A model generated the notes under the pieces. It had not been told where the DNA came from, did no database searches, and worked only from the letters and a program-made list of their open reading frames with translations. Positions 43,015 through 52,693 of a stretch of DNA of 56,277 bases are shown here, in pieces. A program made the translations under genes and the position numbers. The stretch comes from a virus (lineage: Duplodnaviria; Caudoviricetes): positions 1 to 56,277 of IMG/VR virus record IMGVR_UViG_3300034683_000619; one strand, 5' to 3'. The stretch's first letter is position 1. Every line of letters starts with the position of its first letter.

Positions 43015-43720
43015 CGTAAACAGGTGTTCCCGTCGCTTCTTGAACCATCCTCTTGAACAGATCAGCGTCGCTGTTGCCGTCCGAAAGGTGCAGGAGGTGG
43101 ATCTGGCGGCACTTGCTCGTATCGTTTGCCTTGAGGAAGTCGAGCACCCGCTCGATGCTCAGGTGATTCTCGCGAACCCGCTTGGCCCTGGCCGGATCGA
43201 TTCTACCAGCGTCAACATTGGCGGCCAGGATCGCCTCTGAGTAGTTGGCCTCGATCATGATAATGTCCATCGGCCTCGGCATCCGGTATTTGCAGTAGGC
43301 GGTATCGGTGATGAACACCATAGACGATTCGCCATTGCTGATAAGAAAACCCATAGGTTCAGCTGCATCGTGCACCAAGTGAAACGGCACAACTATCCAT
43401 CCATTGGCGATGACATGATTGACTGCATGACAGATAACATTGGCCCTATGGTGGCCAGATAGACCTACTGCCTCCAGTGTGCCATGGCTCGCGTAAACAT
43501 CTATCCCTGCATTGGTTAAATCGTGGATAGCCCGGCTGTGGTCTCCATGCTCATGGGAGACCAGGCATCCGTCCAGGTCCGTTGTCTCGAAGTTCAGTTC
43601 ACGCCGGATTGCCCTCCAGGGCAGGCCGCACTCCAGGAGGAGGGACCGCCCCCCAGAAAGGAGGCGGTAGCAATTGCCTGCAGAAGAGCTGCCGAGTGTT
43701 TCTATGGTGATCATGATCAC
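43007..43720 (-). CDS. MBL-fold metallo-hydrolase (recombination nuclease)
   Basis: LGSSSAGN, SHEHGDH, HDAAEP, TDT, EANY, LLHLS. Confidence 0.92.
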   Translation of the reverse strand: MIMITIETLGSSSAGNCYRLLSGGRSLLLECGLPWRAIRRELNFETTDLDGCLVSHEHGDHSRAIHDLTNAGIDVYASHGTLEAVGLSGHHRANVICHAVNHVIANGWIVVPFHLVHDAAEPMGFLISNGESSMVFITDTAYCKYRMPRPMDIIMIEANYSEAILAANVDAGRIDPARAKRVRENHLSIERVLDFLKANDTSKCRQIHLLHLSDGNSDADLFKRMVQEATGTPVYVE

Positions 43721-44574
43721 GCCACCGCAAAGGGTGGTGCGTCAACCGGTGACGCATCGTCACCAATGGTTTCGGATCCAATCACTTCTCCGGTCTGCTC
43801 GTCGATGGTAACCCGGGACCCATCTCTACTCGGAGCCGGCTGCTCCATATCGAAAGACAGGCTATTGGCGTTTGCTCGGTAATCTTCATCAAAATCGTTT
43901 TCCGCCTGCATGCCGTCGGCCATGTCAACCGTCATGAGACCATACTTGCTCAGCAGCTTGCGAAGCATGGTCTTGATCGCCATTTGGTCAAACTCTTTTT
44001 GCCAAGGGGAGCTGTCACGGCCGTAAGCCTTGCTGTACTTCTTGGCATGTTTCTCCATGTCCTCCCGTGTAGAGAAGACCGCCTTCTTGAATCCGTTGAC
44101 GCTCTCGATATAGGCAAAATATCCGATAACGATGTCACTCTGTTTCGTTCCGGTCAGGTCCAGGTCCCCGGTCAGTTTCGAGTACCCCTTGTACTCGCCC
44201 TCATACACAACGTCGGCATTGAGGTATTTGTAGATGCCACTCCGCATGGCAAGCTGGATCATTCCCCGGTAGCCGAGTTGGAATTGCGGGATCTGTTTCC
44301 CCTGTTTATTGTTGTAGGGGACAATGTAGGCGAACCCCAAACTCTTGTTGATCGGCAGTTTGAGCGTAGCCGCCTTTAACGCCTCGGCGACCACCTGGGC
44401 GGGCTCGCACTGCTGCAGATACGTGTCGCTGGCATACAGGTCAATCAGCGATGCCACGAACAGGTTGCTGTTCTTTTCCAGGGCATTCTGAAACTGCTGT
44501 TGAACCGAGGGTGAGGCCATCACCTGTTTGAGCCGATCAACGGGGCGGGTTGCTACTGCGTTTTGTGTGGTCAT
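43717..44574 (-). CDS. recT: RecT family single-strand annealing protein
   Basis: LGFAYIVPY, QFQLGYRG.IQLA.RSG, W...FD.MA.KT..R.LL. Confidence 0.95.
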   Translation of the reverse strand: MTTQNAVATRPVDRLKQVMASPSVQQQFQNALEKNSNLFVASLIDLYASDTYLQQCEPAQVVAEALKAATLKLPINKSLGFAYIVPYNNKQGKQIPQFQLGYRGMIQLAMRSGIYKYLNADVVYEGEYKGYSKLTGDLDLTGTKQSDIVIGYFAYIESVNGFKKAVFSTREDMEKHAKKYSKAYGRDSSPWQKEFDQMAIKTMLRKLLSKYGLMTVDMADGMQAENDFDEDYRANANSLSFDMEQPAPSRDGSRVTIDEQTGEVIGSETIGDDASPVDAPPFAVA

Positions 44575-44601
44575 TATTTCTTTCTCCTTGAGATTGATTG
44601 C

Positions 44602-46533
44602 TTATTGGATCTCGATTCGAAGCGCCTTGTCCGCCTCGCTCACCACCAAACTGATTGTCTGGCAAGGCAACGGGGGAAGGCTGGTCACGCTTTCACGGTT
44701 GTCGATGAATACAGGGGCCAACAGGTTGTAATGATCCTGCAGTACGGCGACAATTTCACAGCCCGCTTGAATCCGTGCTCCATTGTTGACGCTCGGGTAC
44801 GGTACCCCGCCCACCGTGCAAACACATGTTTCCGTGACGCCTCCGTTGATCGCCTGATCAAAGAGTTTGAACCGCACTATCTCAAACCGGTTATTGATTG
44901 CTTCTTCCAAAAGGGAGACCTTCACCCGAATAAACTGCTCGATCAGGAACAAGATTTTCTCTGATTGCTCAAACTGCTTGGCCAGTTCCTTTTCGCGAGC
45001 CTTCAACTCCTCGACGCGGCGGCGCTGCCCTTCGGCACTCTCGATGGCGGTGATCGTCCGGTTGATCTCGTCCAGTTCGGTCCCCTTCTCCAATATCTTG
45101 GCATCGACCTCGGCCAGGGATGACTGATTGCCCGCTTGCAGATCGGCAATTTTTTGTATGATTGCCTGGCGCTGCCCATCCAGCTCCAGATATTCCGGCA
45201 GCGTCTCAAATGGCGGCGGAGTAGCTTTGGACGCGATGATCTTTCTTGTCGAATCAACTTGGTCCCGCAATATGGCGGCCGCCTTCTCATCTGTAACGAT
45301 CTTGCTCTCAAGGGCGACCAGGGATGACTCACATTCCTTCCAGCTTGCCTCGTTGGTTTTGCCATTCTGTACGATTGCTTCAAGCGCCTGCGCCTTGGCC
45401 CGCTTGAAATCAGCCTCCTGCTGATCCACCAAATGTTCCGGGTATTCCTGGCCACACGTCGGGCAGGCTGCGCCGGGGACAAATTGCTTTTTGTTTTGGC
45501 TGATCCATCGGGCAGATATGTCCCTGCTTGCGTCCTTGTATCCCTCTATTTTCTTCCGGAGCATGGACGCCTTGCCCCGATCTGCCTCAACCTGCATTTC
45601 GAGTGTCTGTAGCTGGCTGCCCCACTCGTTGAGCTGCTTTCGCTCCGACTCACACGATGCACCGGCCGCGGCCAAATGCTTGTTTTTCATCACCAGGATG
45701 TGATGATCGATCTCAGACAACTCTTTTTGCAGCTCTGCCGCCTGCCCTCCCGATAGGACCGATAACCGTGCCGCCTTGAGTGGTTCAATCTCCGCAGCAA
45801 TCTTTTGAGCCCTGGTCGCCAACGCTTCCAGGTTACCGGTGGCGTTTCCAGGGATGGCCCTGGTTGCCTCGTCGATCCGTCCCGGGATGGCGTTCAGCTC
45901 ATCGTTAATCTTCTTTCGAGTGGCGGCTTCCACCTTTTTGGCATCATCAACCGTGCGGGTGGAAAGGATCTCTGCGAGAGGCGCCAGCTCTGGATTGCCG
46001 GAGATAATCTCCGCGTCGTCGACCGGTGGGCACAATCCCAGGAGGATCTGTCGGCGATCTTGCCAGGTGAGAAGCTCGTTGAAATAGGTTGGGTTGGTTA
46101 TGGTCATGAACAGCTTTTCCGGGGCGATGTTGTCAACGAACTCCTGATATTCGCCCTTGGACTTCGGCACGCCATCAACAAAATGCTCGGTGATGTGGCC
46201 GGTGAACTCCGCAGCTGAGGCCCCCCGCTTCTTGGTGTACTTCTCCAGATACACACGCTTGAGCGTCACGTCTTTGCCATCGATCTCGAGCACTGCCTCG
46301 ACCGCGTGATCAATCGATGGGATGACGTTGCCGTTCTCGTCGCGGGTTTTTATCTCGAAATCCTTGACGCCAAGGCTGTTTTTTTCGAACAGGAGCCAGA
46401 GGAACGCATTGTAGATGGTGGTCTTTCCTTGGGCGTTGTCGCCGAATATGGAAGTGTCGTGACCGCCTTCAGTGTCCAGGGTGAACGATCGCATCCCTTG
46501 AAAGTTGGTCAGTGTCAATTTTTTAAGCTTCAT
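44602..46533 (-). CDS. SMC/Rad50-like ATPase
   Basis: GDNAQGKTT, coiled coil with CPTC hook, FIDNRES. Confidence 0.92.
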   Translation of the reverse strand: MKLKKLTLTNFQGMRSFTLDTEGGHDTSIFGDNAQGKTTIYNAFLWLLFEKNSLGVKDFEIKTRDENGNVIPSIDHAVEAVLEIDGKDVTLKRVYLEKYTKKRGASAAEFTGHITEHFVDGVPKSKGEYQEFVDNIAPEKLFMTITNPTYFNELLTWQDRRQILLGLCPPVDDAEIISGNPELAPLAEILSTRTVDDAKKVEAATRKKINDELNAIPGRIDEATRAIPGNATGNLEALATRAQKIAAEIEPLKAARLSVLSGGQAAELQKELSEIDHHILVMKNKHLAAAGASCESERKQLNEWGSQLQTLEMQVEADRGKASMLRKKIEGYKDASRDISARWISQNKKQFVPGAACPTCGQEYPEHLVDQQEADFKRAKAQALEAIVQNGKTNEASWKECESSLVALESKIVTDEKAAAILRDQVDSTRKIIASKATPPPFETLPEYLELDGQRQAIIQKIADLQAGNQSSLAEVDAKILEKGTELDEINRTITAIESAEGQRRRVEELKAREKELAKQFEQSEKILFLIEQFIRVKVSLLEEAINNRFEIVRFKLFDQAINGGVTETCVCTVGGVPYPSVNNGARIQAGCEIVAVLQDHYNLLAPVFIDNRESVTSLPPLPCQTISLVVSEADKALRIEIQ

Positions 46534-46826
46534 GCTTCGCCCCCCTCTATTGTTACCGTACCGCCGTGGTGCCCGAAGGCACTATTCGCTTGATATTCCT
46601 TTGCTATTTCAAGAGCTTCCTCGAACGAACCGAACCCAGAGCTATATCTCCATTCGCCACCACGAAGCAGAAATTCGCCACTACGAAGCAGAAATTTGCC
46701 GTCTATGCAGGCGTACCACTTCCACCCGTCATTACCCTTGAGAGGTATGGCGCATGGGCCATCGAAAAACAGCGCTTCCACCCAATTTCTTGGGAAACCT
46801 TCAGGAGGTACAGGTTTATTCATCAC
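46530..46826 (-). CDS. Hypothetical protein with a 21-bp tandem repeat (FLLRxGE x2)
   Basis: ATGA overlaps; repeat at 46652-46696. Confidence 0.6.
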   Translation of the reverse strand: MMNKPVPPEGFPRNWVEALFFDGPCAIPLKGNDGWKWYACIDGKFLLRSGEFLLRGGEWRYSSGFGSFEEALEIAKEYQANSAFGHHGGTVTIEGGEA

Positions 46827-47035
46827 ACCACCTCCGGAGCCGGCAGCATCACCCGTGACGGATAACCAGCTTTGGCAAAGATCATTTCAGCAGACCGGAT
46901 CTTTGCGTTAAACTCCCGCCGCTTCCGTGCTCGCATAACGATCACACCAACCCTGACCTCCAGCTCCACGTCATCCAAGCTGAGTACGTCGCCTTTGTTC
47001 TTGCGCTCTGTTTTTTCCATCGTTATTATCTCCAT
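46823..47035 (-). CDS. Hypothetical protein (70 aa)
   Basis: Co-oriented ORF coupled to the next gene. Confidence 0.55.
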   Translation of the reverse strand: MEIITMEKTERKNKGDVLSLDDVELEVRVGVIVMRARKRREFNAKIRSAEMIFAKAGYPSRVMLPAPEVV

Positions 47036-47050
47036 GTCGTGTAGTTGTTT

Positions 47051-47090
47051 GCCCCCCTTCCTGTTGGCGCAGGGAGAGGGGCGTTTTTTT
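47051..47090 (+). terminator. Intrinsic terminator facing antisense to the early operon
   Basis: GCCCCCCTTCCTG..CAGGGAGAGGGGC followed by T7 on the + strand. Confidence 0.55.
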
Positions 47091-47114
47091 GTTACAACCT
47101 GAATGGGTCACCCA

Positions 47115-47372
47115 TTAGGCCATCTCAAAATCCCTTTCTCTTGCGATCTCGATAATAGCTGTCAGGTCATCAGCCTGTTTCTGAACTTTGTCGAGTTCGC
47201 TTTTGATCTTTGCCTGAGCTGCTTTGACCAACACCCGCCCTTGATCCTTGGAAAATCCGTAGGCGCTGATGGCTCCTTTGACTTTCGCATCCGTGTCCGC
47301 CTTGGCGTCTTCAAGAATCACAAGTGCACTCGTGATCTCCTTCAAACAATCGATTACATTTTGTTTTTCCAC
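47115..47372 (-). CDS. Small helical hypothetical protein (85 aa)
   Basis: GTG start with AGGAG RBS. Confidence 0.7.
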   Translation of the reverse strand: MEKQNVIDCLKEITSALVILEDAKADTDAKVKGAISAYGFSKDQGRVLVKAAQAKIKSELDKVQKQADDLTAIIEIARERDFEMA

Positions 47373-47404
47373 TTATTGCTCCTACGTTTGATTTTTATTG
47401 GTGC

Positions 47405-47899
47405 TTACAACAGCTTTGAAATAGTGATGTGCGCCCCTGGCTGGACGTCATACACCTTCTCGAGGTTGGTGATGACAGACACCTGGGCATCATCCTTCCA
47501 GGCTATCCCGGTGAGCGCGTCCTTGACGCAACGCACCAGCTTGTCCAGGTCTGGCTTTGCGGTGTGATAGGTTGGGGCGGAGGGCTTGACGGTACCGGCA
47601 TTTTTTCCGGTCCCGAAATGTGACTTTGTACGCGGCATGTAAAAGGTGATACCGAGCGCTATTGGTCCGTTGTGGATCATCTCCACTCCTACCTGTTGCG
47701 CCGCATATCCCACTGCCGACGCCCATGGTTTCTGTTTCTCTACGTTATCCTGCACCACGACAGGGAACTTCATGGCTTTACTCATGAATGCTTTCGCTGA
47801 ACCCTTTGGTACCGGTACGCCGGCGACGAAAAACGAGTACATTTCGACCTCAATCTTTTGCAGTGCCCCGGTCTGGCCGGGATCGATGCCGATGATCAT
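47405..47899 (-). CDS. rusA: RusA Holliday-junction resolvase with a RuvC-like N-terminal stub
   Basis: G.PVPKG, KPDLDKL....DAL.G..W.DDAQV; start at 47899 (MIIGIDPG) or 47842. Confidence 0.9.
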   Translation of the reverse strand: MIIGIDPGQTGALQKIEVEMYSFFVAGVPVPKGSAKAFMSKAMKFPVVVQDNVEKQKPWASAVGYAAQQVGVEMIHNGPIALGITFYMPRTKSHFGTGKNAGTVKPSAPTYHTAKPDLDKLVRCVKDALTGIAWKDDAQVSVITNLEKVYDVQPGAHITISKLL

Positions 47900-48255
47900 T
47901 CGGAGACCTCTTGCCACGGGTCGCTGTCCCCAACTACCTGGCCGCAACGTTGCTCTTCAATGACCCCCTCAAGCAACAGCAGGTAATTGATGGAGTCGGT
48001 GATCTTTTCCGCGACCATCTCGGCAGGGACAGCGCCGCAATGGAGGCGGTCCACTATGTCGTCGATAGACACATCGTGTTTGGCCTTCATCCCGAGCAAT
48101 GCCTCGGCAGGCGTGAGGCCCTGTTTCATGGCGGCCCTTTTGAAGTTCCAAAGCCTGTCTCCACCTCGGGAATACTCGTCCCCCTTGGTGGTGAGTGTCG
48201 CCCGGCAATGGGCCAAGCGGTTTTCGACAATCGTGTTGAATTGTGCTGCGTTCAA
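47896..48255 (-). CDS. DUF1599/nucleotide-modification-associated all-alpha protein
   Basis: K..EY...DRL.NF...KH...D.INYL.L pattern. Confidence 0.75.
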   Translation of the reverse strand: MNAAQFNTIVENRLAHCRATLTTKGDEYSRGGDRLWNFKRAAMKQGLTPAEALLGMKAKHDVSIDDIVDRLHCGAVPAEMVAEKITDSINYLLLLEGVIEEQRCGQVVGDSDPWQEVSE

Positions 48256-48259
48256 AATA

Positions 48260-48601
48260 TCATCCTCCCATTTGTCGTTGATAATGCTCCTGCTGGCGCA
48301 CGTTTATGTATCCTCGCCCTTTAAAATATTGGGGTTTGTACTCCTGGCGCTGCCCGCGCCGCTGCCTTTGCTTTGGCCCCCACGAAGAGCTTCGCCGGTG
48401 ATTGCGGTTGAAATAGGCCGTTACCACATCCCGCCCATCAACAATCACGATCAACCCCTCCAGCGAATACCGCCTGATACCGCCGCGCTCGATCGTCATC
48501 TCCCCGGACACCACCACAGCCTCGACCGTTGCCCGACTGATGTCACGCTCCGCCATCCGCTCAAAAGCATGGGTTGTGTATTTCAGGTCAGAGGGACTCA
48601 T
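48260..48601 (-). CDS. DUF4258-like (RelE-fold) protein
   Basis: YTTHAFERMAERDIS..VVTAY; TAATG coupling. Confidence 0.75.
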   Translation of the reverse strand: MSPSDLKYTTHAFERMAERDISRATVEAVVVSGEMTIERGGIRRYSLEGLIVIVDGRDVVTAYFNRNHRRSSSWGPKQRQRRGQRQEYKPQYFKGRGYINVRQQEHYQRQMGG

Positions 48602-49146
48602 TACCGGCACCCCAAAAGCGACCGCTCATAGGCCGTGGGTTGGTATTCAACGTCGTCGATGTTGCGCGGGACCGCTGGCCTGGGCGGCTCATTGTAATTT
48701 CCCTGATGCCGACGAAGCGGTTGTCGCTGCATAGCCGCGAGCTCTTCCCGTGTGATCTCCTCCATGCCGCGAAGCTTCTTGGCGCTCAATGAGCTTGCCG
48801 GCACGTCGAACATCCGAGCAAGATCGGCGGCACGGTAAAGCTCATTGTCCGGCATCAGCCGGATTTTAAAGACTGTCCGCTTGACCGGCTGGGCGACAGG
48901 CTCCTTGGGACGATTCTTGAACCGGGTGTCTCCTGCAGGGGCAAGCAGTTCGGCGGGTATCACGTCAGGGCTCCCCGCCATCCGCCAACGCTTTGAAAAC
49001 GTTTCCTGGTTTATCCTGTGCTCGATAGCTACCCGCTTTAGCCCGCAGAGCTCTCTTGACCCGTCGGGCCGGTCCACCCACACCAGGACTTTGGCATTGG
49101 TGTCATTTTGACTGATCAGTGCCGGGTCAACGTCTTTCCGCATCAT
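48601..49146 (-). CDS. Hypothetical DNA-binding-like protein
   Basis: GGGAGG RBS before MMRKD; HTH-like segments; the upstream extension in the ORF track is probably not real. Confidence 0.6.
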   Translation of the reverse strand: MMRKDVDPALISQNDTNAKVLVWVDRPDGSRELCGLKRVAIEHRINQETFSKRWRMAGSPDVIPAELLAPAGDTRFKNRPKEPVAQPVKRTVFKIRLMPDNELYRAADLARMFDVPASSLSAKKLRGMEEITREELAAMQRQPLRRHQGNYNEPPRPAVPRNIDDVEYQPTAYERSLLGCR

Positions 49147-49271
49147 TCTTCCCGCCCTCCCCTTTAAATGAATCTCATCATTGACAAAATCATCCCGCAC
49201 CAGATCAAAACCACCATCGTCCCGCGTATCATCGCAGAGCCTCCGCAACAATTGCCGCAATCGATTCCCCG

Positions 49272-49466
49272 TCAATTCCCAGCCAAACGAGGTCTTCCAC
49301 CATTCTTGCGATTTCCCACCACAGCATGATCTTTCCCTCCCTTCTGTTGCGCCTGTGCTGATTGCGACTTTCTGAGCAGTGCACCGGCGACAATCTCCAG
49401 TATTTCCCTCGTCCTTGCTTCTGCTTCGGCGGCAGGGATCTGCTTCCAGGTGGTCCGGCTGGTCAT
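49272..49466 (-). CDS. Hypothetical early protein
   Basis: GGAG RBS before MTSRTT. Confidence 0.5.
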   Translation of the reverse strand: MTSRTTWKQIPAAEAEARTREILEIVAGALLRKSQSAQAQQKGGKDHAVVGNRKNGGRPRLAGN

Positions 49467-49480
49467 CTGTCCGCTCCCGT

Positions 49481-49795
49481 TCAATATTCAACTCGTGACT
49501 GCAAAGCCTGCCGCGCCAATGTCGGGTATTCGGCAGCCCATTCCTTCCAGGCAAATTCAAAGTCTTCCTGGTCCTCGTAGTGGCCCGGCATCGGCTCGTG
49601 TGTGCTGATTCCAGAACCGTTTTCCGGGCACCAGGCATTCTGTGCGTTCACCAGGTCGTTAAAGGTGTTGAACCCGGTCAGCTCGACCGTCAACTCATTC
49701 AGCGCGTCGAACCTTGCCTTGAACTCATCTCTGCCTAGGTTGATCTCGATGCTTGTCATGGTAGCCTCGTGGTTGGTGGTATTCTGTGTGGTCAC
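49481..49795 (-). CDS. Hypothetical early protein (104 aa)
   Basis: GTGA overlap with the cro stop. Confidence 0.65.
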   Translation of the reverse strand: MTTQNTTNHEATMTSIEINLGRDEFKARFDALNELTVELTGFNTFNDLVNAQNAWCPENGSGISTHEPMPGHYEDQEDFEFAWKEWAAEYPTLARQALQSRVEY

Positions 49796-50043
49796 TTCTT
49801 CGCTTCTCGCTTGCCTGGCAAACGGCCACGTTTGAAGTTTATCCGACCATAAACCCGCTCAAGTTCACGCCGGATCTCTTCCGGTTTTCCAAAAAGCCAT
49901 ATTCGAATGCCGATACCAGTTATGTGTTCGACTCTTGCAGCTTTTGATGCGGTAAGTCGTTTTTTTCCCTTGAGCATTTTGCTGAAAAGCGCCGGGTCTA
50001 TTCCAAGTCTTTCTGATAACGATTTCTGCGTTGTGATCTTCAT
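49792..50043 (-). CDS. cro: Cro-like HTH regulator
   Basis: TQKSLSERLGIDPALFSKMLKGKKR HTH; divergent from cI. Confidence 0.85.
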   Translation of the reverse strand: MKITTQKSLSERLGIDPALFSKMLKGKKRLTASKAARVEHITGIGIRIWLFGKPEEIRRELERVYGRINFKRGRLPGKREAKK

Positions 50044-50151
50044 GACCACTTAATTATCGTCTAATAGACACCATGTCAAACAGAAAATGGTCTTAAAAAC
50101 TATTTTAATTTCTCGGAATCGCCGTATAATGTTGTCAAGGAGACAATAAAT
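50044..50151. promoter_or_regulatory. Lysis/lysogeny switch region
   Basis: TTGACA on the minus strand (50079-50074); TATAAT on the plus strand (50125-50130); GTC-N5-GAC operator-like palindromes at 50059-50069 and 50133-50145, with a degenerate copy at ~50090-50100. Confidence 0.65.
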
Positions 50152-50901
50152 ATGGGAATAGAGCCGATAAACGAGGTATTTGGGGCGGCCTTTTCGTTCG
50201 CGCTAAAAGGAAGCAAGAGGGGCACGCAGGCGAGAATTGCTACTGAAACTGGCGTGGACCCGGCAAACGTAAGCGCCATGAAACGGTGCGGTAAAGGGGC
50301 TTCTGAGGAGGTGAGAAGGCTTATCTTTTCAAAAATTTTAGAACTTCTCCCCGACTTCCCGGCCAAGACGTACGATGATTTCCTCCACATTGGCCGGTGG
50401 ATCCTGGACGGGCATGACCCGGAGCAGTGGAAGCCACCATTGCGCGACCAGCTTGCCCCGACCATGGCAAACGTACCGGCCAAAATCTCCCCCAACATCT
50501 CCCCCGGTCCGCCGGTGCTGAGCAAGATCCCGATTATCTCATGGGTGCGGGCTGGGGATTGGGCAGAAGTGGTTGACCCGTATCAACCCGGGTATGCAGA
50601 GGAGTGGATTGACACCACCGCCACCAGACACCCAAATGCCTTTGCCCTGGTGGTCCGGGGTGATTCCATGGCGCCTGAATTCATCGAAGGGGAAATCATA
50701 ACCGTCGACCCTGGGCGGGAAGCGGTTAACGGCAGCTATGTCGTTGCCAAGAATGGAGACGAGGCCACATTCAAACAGTTGGTGTTCGACGGACCGAACG
50801 TCTTTCTGAAGCCGCTGAACAAACGTTACCCGATCCGGGATATGACCGGGATCAACTTCCGCATCATCGGCGTGGTGGTGGAAAAGGTGAAGAGGTATTG
50901 A
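50152..50901 (+). CDS. cI: CI-like repressor (HTH + S24 peptidase)
   Basis: N-terminal HTH; VRAG cleavage site; GDSM and ATFK catalytic dyad. Confidence 0.95.
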   Translation: MGIEPINEVFGAAFSFALKGSKRGTQARIATETGVDPANVSAMKRCGKGASEEVRRLIFSKILELLPDFPAKTYDDFLHIGRWILDGHDPEQWKPPLRDQLAPTMANVPAKISPNISPGPPVLSKIPIISWVRAGDWAEVVDPYQPGYAEEWIDTTATRHPNAFALVVRGDSMAPEFIEGEIITVDPGREAVNGSYVVAKNGDEATFKQLVFDGPNVFLKPLNKRYPIRDMTGINFRIIGVVVEKVKRY

Positions 50902-50911
50902 GGGGTGGTTT

Positions 50912-51223
50912 AACGTTGACATCGCCGATTTTCATTGCCGCTATCTGATCGTTGACGACATCTGGATACCCCTTGGCGAATCCCTGCTTATCGCAAAATT
51001 CGATCCTCTTTGGAACAAACTGATCGATGGTTTTGGCAATCACGATCCTGGTAAGGGGCGCCACGCAGGATTCCGTCCACGTTGGGATGTTTTGCATCCA
51101 GGACGGCCTTGGGCCGATAGGTGTCGGCCACGCGAGGAAACTGCTGAACAGATCATCGGTGAAGCCATTGACTACCTTCGCAACAACCCGCCACCAGACG
51201 ATTCGACCATGATTACAACATGA
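50912..51223 (+). pseudogene. C-terminal fragment of an Eco29kI-family (GIY-YIG) restriction endonuclease
   Basis: Startless frame DFHCRYLIVDDIWIPLGESLLIAKFDPLWNKLIDGFGNHDPGKGR..WDVLHPGRPWA; in-frame stop upstream at 50888. Confidence 0.85.
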
Positions 51224-51442
51224 ATGCGAATCTCCGGTCGTCGAAAAAGCGCTGGAATTGGTCGCCAATTCAACCGCGCTCCATTCCTACCGGTGAACAC
51301 CCCTGGTCGTGAAACACCCTTTTCCCGCACCCAGTCCTGTTTCGTTTGATCCGATTGTAACAGGTGTATTCGCACCAATCTTTTGGGTAACATCCCTCCT
51401 GCACATATCCATCAGAAAGCCACATGGCACCCGCATAAATAA

Positions 51443-51523
51443 TTTACGCAGAATTTTGAGTAAAAAATCTTGACTTTTTATTACAGTGAGGGCATATTGG
51501 TTTTACGCAAATATATGCGTATC
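51443..51523 (+). promoter_or_regulatory. Promoter flanked by two operators
   Basis: TTGACT(51470)-N17-CATATT(51493); TACGCA-N6-TG(A/C)GTA palindromes at 51445-51462 and 51504-51521. Confidence 0.75.
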
Positions 51524-51549
51524 GACTTAACCACAACCCGGAGGAGACT

Positions 51550-51909
51550 ATGAAAACATTCGGAGAAGCGTTGAAGGAGGCACGCAAGGCCAGTCGGCTG
51601 ACCCTTCGCCGGATAAGTGAAATTGTTGGTTTGTCAGTAAGTTATCTTAGCGACATTGAACAAGGACGGCGACGAGCACCAGCCGATGATATTGTAGGGC
51701 AGCTTGAAACAGCGTTAAACATAACAGATGGTTCATTGAAAAGACTAGCCGAGCGAGCCAGAAATGTAGCGCCGAGAATGATTGCGCATAAAATAGCGTC
51801 CACGCCTAAGCTCTCTGAGGTGTTAATGCGGGCCGATGACGACCTGACAGAAGCAGAATTCAAAGATCTTATGGATTTTTATGAAGAAATCAAACTGAAA
51901 AGAGGATAA
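51550..51909 (+). CDS. XRE-family HTH regulator (CapH/ImmR-like)
   Basis: FGEALKEAR..TLR..GLSVSYLSDIEQGRR; GGAGGAG RBS. Confidence 0.92.
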   Translation: MKTFGEALKEARKASRLTLRRISEIVGLSVSYLSDIEQGRRRAPADDIVGQLETALNITDGSLKRLAERARNVAPRMIAHKIASTPKLSEVLMRADDDLTEAEFKDLMDFYEEIKLKRG

Positions 51910-51914
51910 CGCCT

Positions 51915-52502
51915 ATGGGAGGAAAGATTGTGCCAGCTCGGGCTCGAAGTGGTGCTGAAATCGACTTGATCGCTTTCAAGATCATCAAGATCACGCAACC
52001 GGAAGTGTTGCAAGAGCCTCAACCTTTTCGCGTTGAAGAATTTTTTGAGTTTGACATGGAGGACATGACCGGCATACGAACCAACTACGATCATCTTCCT
52101 CCCGGTATCCATGGCGTTACAGACTCCGAAAGAATGACATCGTCAGTTGAAATAGGTCTACTTAGCGACTCTAACCAATTGGAATTTGCCAGGTCAACCA
52201 TCGCCCATGAATGTGGACATGGCGTGATCCATGTCCCTGAATTTAGATCAATGAAACAAGTGCTTCGTTCAATTCAAGACACGGATGATGTACAACTGAA
52301 AATGTACAGGAAAGAGCAGGTACCTGTTTATAGAAACCCAGAATGGCAGGCGCATCGATTTGCGGGAGCACTGCTGGTGCCGGAGACGACACTGAGAACA
52401 GCTTGGGTGAAATGCCAAGATGTTAATAGGTTAGCGCAGATATATCAGGTATACCCCGCATTTATGCGATCAAGGCTGAGAGCGTTGAAGCTGGTAGATT
52501 GA
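51915..52502 (+). CDS. ImmA/IrrE-family metallopeptidase (CapP-like)
   Basis: RSTIAHECGH and EWQAHRFAGALLVP motifs. Confidence 0.92.
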   Translation: MGGKIVPARARSGAEIDLIAFKIIKITQPEVLQEPQPFRVEEFFEFDMEDMTGIRTNYDHLPPGIHGVTDSERMTSSVEIGLLSDSNQLEFARSTIAHECGHGVIHVPEFRSMKQVLRSIQDTDDVQLKMYRKEQVPVYRNPEWQAHRFAGALLVPETTLRTAWVKCQDVNRLAQIYQVYPAFMRSRLRALKLVD

Positions 52503-52693
52503 GAAGAGGGTATTGCGAGTACCCTCTTTCTCTAAGGCGGATCATTAACCTAGAACGGGCCTTGATTAATGATAAGTTGTCTTTGGATCAAGCCAAAGAA
52601 ATCGGCCGCCACATGCAAACGGAATTAGTTTTTATAGTTTTGCTATGCCGAAAAGTCAACGAAAAACAGTCCGCCGGAAAACGGAGATTGGAT

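Larger units (their letters stand above)
1..50901 (-). mobile_element. Temperate prophage, podovirus-like (ends not visible; accessory island continues to about 55865)
   Basis: Co-oriented cI/cro, replication, terminase, portal, capsid, tail/ejection and lysis modules. No tape-measure, tail-tube or sheath genes recognised. No integrase in the window. Confidence 0.95.

Noticed and set aside
49147-49638. N-terminal extension of the 345-aa ORF in the track
   Set aside because: Overlaps better-supported small genes; a strong RBS precedes the Met at 49146.
51172-51393. 73-aa minus-strand ORF
   Set aside because: No recognisable motif, RBS too close to the start, and it overlaps the Eco29kI remnant.
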